Assembly (NCBI GenBank): GCA_963803975.1
Contig: CAWDOY010000012.1
Location: 8,486 to 72,485, forward strand
Direction: 5' to 3'
DNA from: an uncultured delta proteobacterium
GTDB taxonomy: Bacteria; Desulfobacterota; WTBG01; CAIYCZ01
Length of the DNA stretch: 64,000 nucleotides
Part shown: positions 58,553 to 64,000 of the stretch, piece after piece
How the letters are laid out: every line of letters starts with the position of its first letter
Numbering within the stretch: position 1 is the stretch's first letter
Notes under the pieces: model-generated
Databases searched by the model: none
What the model saw: the letters and a program-made list of their open reading frames with translations, nothing else
What the model was told of the DNA's origin: nothing
Made by a program: the position numbers and the translations under genes

Positions 58553-59146
58553 ATGTTCACAACAAAATTAAAATTATTTCTGTGGAGCGCGCTGTTAGCC
58601 GTCCTGGCAGCAGGTGCTGGTACATTTATATTTTTCAGCGCTGAAAACAGGGATGCCTTTAAAATTGCAGCTGCCTTTTACCGGCAGAATCAGTCCCTCA
58701 TAGAGAATAAAAATTATCTGGCAATCATCGATTACACCAAACCATCATGGGTGAAACGGCTGTTCATCTATGATGCAGCCGGGAATCGGGTCAGAAGCTT
58801 TCTGGTGGCGCACGGCAAAGAGTCGGGCTTTATCTTTGCCCGGGAGTTCTCTAATGAGATAAATTCCCATAAAAGCTGCAAAGGGTTTTTTCTTACCGGA
58901 GAGCCGTTTATCGGTGAGCATGGCCTCTCCCTGCGGCTGCACGGCCTGCAGCAGGGCTTAAACAATAATGCTCTGGCACGGGACATTGTTTTTCACGGTG
59001 CTGACTATGTAAGCTGGGGATCAATACTTGAGAACTTCGGCCGGCTGGGACGGAGCCTTGGCTGCCCGGCAGTAGCCCGGGATACTATAGATGAAGTTGT
59101 AAGCAGGCTTAAAGGTGGCGCTCTGTTATATATTCACGCGCCGTGA
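58553..59146 (+). CDS. Murein L,D-transpeptidase catalytic domain protein (YkuD_2)
   Basis: IIDYTKPS..KRL, VAHG, FSN, NNNA..RDIVFHGADY, GRSLGCPA. Confidence 0.88.
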   Translation: MFTTKLKLFLWSALLAVLAAGAGTFIFFSAENRDAFKIAAAFYRQNQSLIENKNYLAIIDYTKPSWVKRLFIYDAAGNRVRSFLVAHGKESGFIFAREFSNEINSHKSCKGFFLTGEPFIGEHGLSLRLHGLQQGLNNNALARDIVFHGADYVSWGSILENFGRLGRSLGCPAVARDTIDEVVSRLKGGALLYIHAP

Positions 59147-59195
59147 AAGAAATAAGCTGAAGCAGAAGTTTTCACGTGACCGGACTGGGCTTCTC

Positions 59196-60134
59196 TCAGG
59201 AAAAGAACCGCCGCGGGTTCTCCCGCAGCATGGTCTCGATCTGGTCATCCGTTGTCCCGCCATACTGAAGCATGGGAATGACGCGCTCGAAAAAGTTCGT
59301 CGGCACCCAGTTTTTATAGGCGCCGCTGCCGATTTTGGGCCCGCCCACCCAGTACCAGACTGAATCGTGGGAAACCATGAGCTGCGCAGCCCATCCTGCA
59401 TCAATCAGCTTCTGCATCGAGGCCGCGCGCACCTCATCAGGCATGCCGGTCATGCCGAAGCGGTCAAAGGCAAGATAGGACCCGCCCTGCATGATGCTCA
59501 TGTGGTAATCAAAGTTTCTCGACAGGCAGCTGTGGCCGATCACGATGCGCTGCGCCGGCACCCCGGCACTGGTCAGGATCCGCTGCTGCTCATCCCCGAG
59601 GATGCCTTCGGTGTGGGTAATGATCGCGGCGCCGGTCGCCACCGAGGCTTTGGCAGCAGCAAGCAGCAGCTCGTGCTCCTCTTCGTCAATCATTGGCGCG
59701 CCGGTGACCACCTTGATGATGCCCGCCTTTACCCCGGTATCGGCGATGCCTTCGGTAAGCTCTTTTATAAACAGTTCAGCTATTGCCTCAGGGCTGTTGC
59801 CAAGGCGCTCGCGCATGCGCACGTAGGTTGAGGTGCTGTAGATGCCGGTCGCGCAGATGATGTTGAAGCCGGTTTTCCCCGCGAGCTCAGCCAGCAGCGA
59901 TGCGTTGCGGCCAAGATCAACCGTGGTGGGATCGACCAGGGTCTCCACGCCGAAAGCCCGCAGCTGCTCAAGGTAGTCAGTGCAGACAGAGACGATCTCA
60001 TCATGCCGGCGCCCGGGCTTGAGCACCTCTGCTGACGGGCCGCCGTATTCGACGAACACGTGCTCGTGCATGAGCGTCCGGCCGAGCTGCTCAGGACTGA
60101 TGGTTCCGGTAACAGTGTTGATGCTGCTGTTCAT
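59196..60134 (-). CDS. Phosphotriesterase/PLL lactonase family protein
   Basis: LGRTLMHEH, VDPT..DLGRN, KAGIIKV, ITHT, VIGH, FDRFG, VSHD, ENPRRFF. Confidence 0.92.
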   Translation of the reverse strand: MNSSINTVTGTISPEQLGRTLMHEHVFVEYGGPSAEVLKPGRRHDEIVSVCTDYLEQLRAFGVETLVDPTTVDLGRNASLLAELAGKTGFNIICATGIYSTSTYVRMRERLGNSPEAIAELFIKELTEGIADTGVKAGIIKVVTGAPMIDEEEHELLLAAAKASVATGAAIITHTEGILGDEQQRILTSAGVPAQRIVIGHSCLSRNFDYHMSIMQGGSYLAFDRFGMTGMPDEVRAASMQKLIDAGWAAQLMVSHDSVWYWVGGPKIGSGAYKNWVPTNFFERVIPMLQYGGTTDDQIETMLRENPRRFFS

Positions 60135-60177
60135 GTTTTCTCCCTGGCGGCTGTCTTCGACAACAACTATTTCCTGC

Positions 60178-60819
60178 CTAATGTATGAATGTTACTATTT
60201 TCTTTAAATCTTCAGCAGCTTTTCGCGCATCTTTTTTCCCCAGGATCGCGGATACCACCGCTATACCGTCAATTCCCGTACCGTGAAGCAGCCCGGCATT
60301 ATTTTCATTGATGCCGCCGATCGCTATCACCGGTATGGTTACGGCCTGCTTTATTTTTTTCAGCAGCTCAAGACTTAGCGGCCGGACGTCTTTCTTGGTA
60401 TCCGTAGTAAAGACGCTGCCTGCCCCGATGTAGTCAGCCCCGTCAACCTGTGCCTGCAGAGCTTCCGCCACGGTGGCGGCAGATACGCCGAGAATTTTTC
60501 CTGTTCCGGCCAGCTGCTTGCGGGCAACGCGCGCCGGCAGATCATCCTGCCCCGCGTGGAGGCCCGCGGCGTCTATTGCCAGGGCAATGTCCAGCCGGTC
60601 ATTTATGATGAGCGGCACATTATAGCGGTCAGTGATCTCCTTTATCTCCATGGCGACAGTATAAAACTCCCGGGAAGAAGCGAGCTTTTCCCGCAGCTGC
60701 ACCATGGTCACTCCGCCCTGTATTGCCTGCTCGACAGCTTCGGCGAGCCTGATGCCGGGGAAAAGGTCCCGGTCTGTTACCAGGTAGAGCGTGTAGTCAA
60801 TGGCTTTCTTACCCTTCAC
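60178..60819 (-). CDS. thiE: Thiamine-phosphate synthase
   Basis: LYLVTD, VQLREK, IINDRLD, HAGQDD, TTDTK, AIGGI, GIAVVSAI. Confidence 0.95.
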   Translation of the reverse strand: MKGKKAIDYTLYLVTDRDLFPGIRLAEAVEQAIQGGVTMVQLREKLASSREFYTVAMEIKEITDRYNVPLIINDRLDIALAIDAAGLHAGQDDLPARVARKQLAGTGKILGVSAATVAEALQAQVDGADYIGAGSVFTTDTKKDVRPLSLELLKKIKQAVTIPVIAIGGINENNAGLLHGTGIDGIAVVSAILGKKDARKAAEDLKKIVTFIH

Positions 60820-61651
60820 GCACTTTCCCTCTTTTCAAAATGTCGTTACCGCTCAGATGAAACAGGGCATCAAAAAGCTTCACCCGGTAGCTTCCTGCCC
60901 CCCGGTCTTCAGCGGGCAGCCGTTCATACGCCAGCTCTCCTGCCAGTGCCATGGTGAGAATGCCTGCTGTTGCGGCACTGAGGTAATCCCCGGTAACAGC
61001 GCAGTACGCGCCAATAAGTGATGAGCACATACACCCGGTACCGGTTATGCCTGACAGCATTGAATGTCCGTTAGCTATTAAATATGTCTTCCCGCCTGCC
61101 GCGACAATATCAACAGCACCGGTTATGGCGACAGCACAGTTCAACCGGGAGGCCAGATTTTCTGCAATGCGTTTGCCATAGTCCGGATTTTCTGCTTCAG
61201 CTATATCCTGGGCTGAAACATCAACGCCCTTAGTTGTTGCCCCGAGTCCGCTTACGGCTTTTATCTCCGACATGTTCCCGCGGATGACGGCAAGCTGTAT
61301 CTCGCGCAGTATCCGCCCGGCAGTTGTGCTGCGCAGGGCAGTTGCTCCGGCACCTACCGGGTCAAGCACAACCGGTATACCAAGATCATTGGCTTTTACC
61401 CCGGCTTTAAGCATGGATGCAATGGTCCTGCTGTTTAAGGTTCCGATATTCAGAACCAGCGCGGCGGACAGAGAAACAATATCCGCAACTTCATCCTCAT
61501 CATCAGCCATTATCGGGGACGCGCCTATTGCGAGCACGGCGTTGGCGCAATCGTTAGCCGTAACATAGTTGGTAATATGATGGACTAATGGTTTATTAGT
61601 CTTTACCATCTTCAGAAGTTCGGATATTTTCGCGCACATGTTTTTTTCCAT
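60809..61651 (-). CDS. thiM: Hydroxyethylthiazole kinase
   Basis: PLVHHITNYVT..ANAVLAIGASPIMA, NIGTL, VLDPVG, IRGNMSEI, TGTGCM. Confidence 0.95.
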   Translation of the reverse strand: MEKNMCAKISELLKMVKTNKPLVHHITNYVTANDCANAVLAIGASPIMADDEDEVADIVSLSAALVLNIGTLNSRTIASMLKAGVKANDLGIPVVLDPVGAGATALRSTTAGRILREIQLAVIRGNMSEIKAVSGLGATTKGVDVSAQDIAEAENPDYGKRIAENLASRLNCAVAITGAVDIVAAGGKTYLIANGHSMLSGITGTGCMCSSLIGAYCAVTGDYLSAATAGILTMALAGELAYERLPAEDRGAGSYRVKLFDALFHLSGNDILKRGKVREG

Positions 61652-61717
61652 GTATCTTCTCCGTAAGCAGGAAGAGTCTTGTTACGGCTGAACAGGAGTT
61701 AAAGACCCGTAACCAAT

Positions 61718-61767
61718 AAAAAAACAAGGGATACACCCTTTAGTACCCGGCAGGGGAAGTATCCCTT
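61718..61767 (-). terminator. Intrinsic terminator between acoB and thiM
   Basis: On the minus strand AAGGGATAC...GTATCCCTT-G-T7. Confidence 0.65.
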
Positions 61768-61822
61768 ATTATGTGTCCGTCAATGCAGATCCGGCCGGGC
61801 CAACAGGTCACGGCCCGTTTGT

Positions 61823-62863
61823 TTACCGCACATTTGCCGCCCGGGGAATAAATAACGCCTGCCGCTTGCGCTTCAGGGCCTTATCCACTCCTTCCAGTAT
61901 ATCTTCGACCTGGGGCAGAACATACTGCTCCAGCACCGGGCTGAACGGCACGGGAACGTCTTTCGCGGCCACTCGCACCACCGGCCCTGCCAGATGCTCA
62001 AACAGCTCTTCCCCGATGCGGGCGGCGATCTCTGCGCCAAAGCCGCCGGTCAGGCATGCTTCGTGGACCACCACGACATGTTTGGTTTTTTTCACTGACC
62101 GCGCGATAAGATCAAAGTCCAGGGGCTTGAGCGTTCGCAGATCGAGCACTTCAGCCTGAACGCCCTTTTCCTCGAGCTTTTGTGCTGCCTCAAGACATAC
62201 ATAGGTCATGCGCGAATAGGTGATCAGGGTGATGTCGGTCCCGGCCCGCTTTACATCTGCTTTTCCCAGCGGGATCAGGTAGGGCTCATCAGGCACCGGG
62301 CCGGTCTGTTTGAACAGACGCTTGTGCTGAAAAAATATGACCGGGTCATCGTCGCGCACCGCTGCTTTCAGCAGGCCCTTCACATCAGCCGGCTCGGACG
62401 GCACCACCACTTTGAGCCCCGGCGTGTGCACCAGCCAGCTCTCCAGGCTTTGTGAATGCTGGGCAGCAGCGGAGATACCTGCTCCGTCAGGCGCCCACAG
62501 CACCATGGGCAGCTTTGCCTGGCCGCCGAACATATAGTGGATTTTTGCCATCTGGTTGACGATTTCATCCATGGCGGTGGTCACAAAATCAGCAAAGTGC
62601 ATGTCAACGATGGGCCGCATGCCGGTCAGGGCTGCTCCCACGCCGCTGCCGACAATGCTGGTTTCGGAAATGGGCGTATCAATGACCCGGCCGGGAAATC
62701 TTTCCGGCAGGCCCTTGAACTGGCAGAAGATGCCGCCGTTGCTGACCAGGTCTTCTCCCAGAATAAACACCGTGTCATCCCGCTCCATCTCTTCGGCAAG
62801 GGCTTCAGCGATTGCCTGTGAGCAGGTGATTTCTCGCACTGCCATGGTTACCCTCTCCTTCAC
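61823..62863 (-). CDS. acoB: TPP-dependent acetoin/2-oxoacid dehydrogenase E1 beta subunit
   Basis: FILGED, DTPISE, GMRPIV, DEIVNQMAK, AAQHSQ, DLRTLKPLD. Confidence 0.85.
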   Translation of the reverse strand: MKERVTMAVREITCSQAIAEALAEEMERDDTVFILGEDLVSNGGIFCQFKGLPERFPGRVIDTPISETSIVGSGVGAALTGMRPIVDMHFADFVTTAMDEIVNQMAKIHYMFGGQAKLPMVLWAPDGAGISAAAQHSQSLESWLVHTPGLKVVVPSEPADVKGLLKAAVRDDDPVIFFQHKRLFKQTGPVPDEPYLIPLGKADVKRAGTDITLITYSRMTYVCLEAAQKLEEKGVQAEVLDLRTLKPLDFDLIARSVKKTKHVVVVHEACLTGGFGAEIAARIGEELFEHLAGPVVRVAAKDVPVPFSPVLEQYVLPQVEDILEGVDKALKRKRQALFIPRAANVR

Positions 62864-63827
62864 GGATTGACGTACAAATCTTTCAAAGCATCTTCAGGCT
62901 CAGGCAATGGTGAATCAAGCCCGAACTGTACTGCTGCTTCTATACACGCGGCTGTTTCAGCGCGGATCTCCGCCACCGCCTCTATAGTCAGACACCCTTC
63001 TTCAATGAGGAGCCGCTCGAACTTATCAATAGGATCGCGGTTTTTCCGGTACATGTGGATTTCATCCATGCTGCGGTACTTCTGCCGGTCGCCTTCAAAG
63101 TGGCCTTTGTAGCGATAGGTCTCATTTTCCACAATGGCCGGGCCGTGTCCGCTGCGGGCCCACTCCACCGCCTCATGCACCACTTCCAGCACCTCCAGCA
63201 CATTGCTGCCGTCCGTGATATAACCGGGGATGCCGTAGGCCTTGGCCCGGCCGGCCACAGATCCGCCGGCAACCATTTTTTCAGCCGGCGAGGTGGAGGC
63301 ATAGCCGTTGTTCTCGCAGACAAAGATGATGGGGAGCTTAAAGACAGCCGCCATGTTGCAGGCTTCATGAAACGTGCCCCGGTTGGACGCGCCGTCGCCG
63401 AAAAAAACCATCCCCACCTGGTCGGTCTTGCGCAGTTTGATGGAAAGGCCGGCGCCCACCATGATAGGAAATCCTCCTCCCACGACGCCGTTGGCGCCGA
63501 GAATGCCCCGGGAAAAGTCAGCGATATGCATGGAGCCGCCTTTACCTTTGCAGTATCCGGTGGCCGGCCGAACAGCTCGGCGAACATGTAGCGGGGATCA
63601 GCGCCCTTGGCCAGAATGTGCGCGTGGCCGCGGTGGGTCGAGATAATATAATCATCAGGCCGCAGAGCCATGCAGCTGCCGGTGGTGGAAGCCTCCTGGC
63701 CGATGGACAGATGGACAAACCCGGGGATGAGCTTCTGCTGAAAAAGCGCCTCAGCCTTTTCTTCAAAAGCCCGGATCAGCAGCATCCTCTTTAACAGCGA
63801 CAGCTTTTTCTCTCTGTCGATCTCCAC
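62860..63827 (-). CDS. acoA: TPP-dependent acetoin/2-oxoacid dehydrogenase E1 alpha subunit; frameshift near 63565
   Basis: IRAFEE, PGFVHLSIGQEA, STHRGHAH; then GGSMHIAD, ANGVVGGG, FFGDGASN, ENNGY, TYRYKGHFEGD; GTG start at 63827. Confidence 0.85.
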
Positions 63828-64000
63828 GTCTTCCTCTCTGCGAATGAAAAGTGCGGGCTGCGCGTGTACCGCGTTTCCCTGCGCGGTCATGCAGTATATA
63901 TATATATACGTTTGACTACCGGATTTCCCCCGCGGAGTATTCAGGGGGGAGGAAAATAGAGCGCAAGTTTGTAAATATAAAGGAAGTTCAACTGGGTGTC

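Noticed and set aside
61652..61822. TPP riboswitch upstream of thiM
   Set aside because: Conserved aptamer motifs (UGAGA, CCUGAU..UAAU..GCG.AGG) were not found on the minus strand; only a terminator is present.
1..64000. CRISPR array, rRNA, transposase or integrase
   Set aside because: No regularly spaced repeats, rRNA-like tract or recombinase motifs were recognised.

Overview
A 64-kb window from an anaerobic Gram-negative bacterium (gene content suggests Desulfobacterota/deltaproteobacteria; inference), in three blocks. (1) 1-16.6 kb: a minus-strand operon divergent from a TetR gene, with four operator-like palindromes between them. It encodes an SCP2 protein, two FAD-linked oxidases, a CCG Fe-S protein, a YCF48/RND/DUF1302/DUF1329 envelope module, a phosphotriesterase-family hydrolase and NuoF-like and 2Fe-2S/GltD-like redox proteins. 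(2) 16.6-51.6 kb: a ~35-kb segment bounded by a 107-bp direct repeat that begins with the 3' end of tRNA-Asp. It holds a large aryl-polyene/ladderane-candidate-like type II FAS/PKS cluster: four ketosynthases (one fused to a CLF-like domain), three ACPs, four radical SAM enzymes (two B12-binding), an ammonia-lyase, an adenylating enzyme, a phytoene-desaturase-like enzyme, dehydratases, thioesterases, acyltransferases, GT2, a deacetylase, an MMPL-methyltransferase fusion, a DAK2-DegV fusion, LolA and a U32 protein. (3) 51.6-64 kb: a DEAD-box helicase, HD hydrolase, metallophosphoesterase, an orphan bchF-like (bacteriochlorophyll biosynthesis) gene, aldehyde:ferredoxin oxidoreductase, L,D-transpeptidase, a second phosphotriesterase, thiE/thiM and acoB/acoA. 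About 13 single-base frameshifts split otherwise intact genes and are probably sequencing errors. All family calls come from motif recognition by eye; no database search was run.
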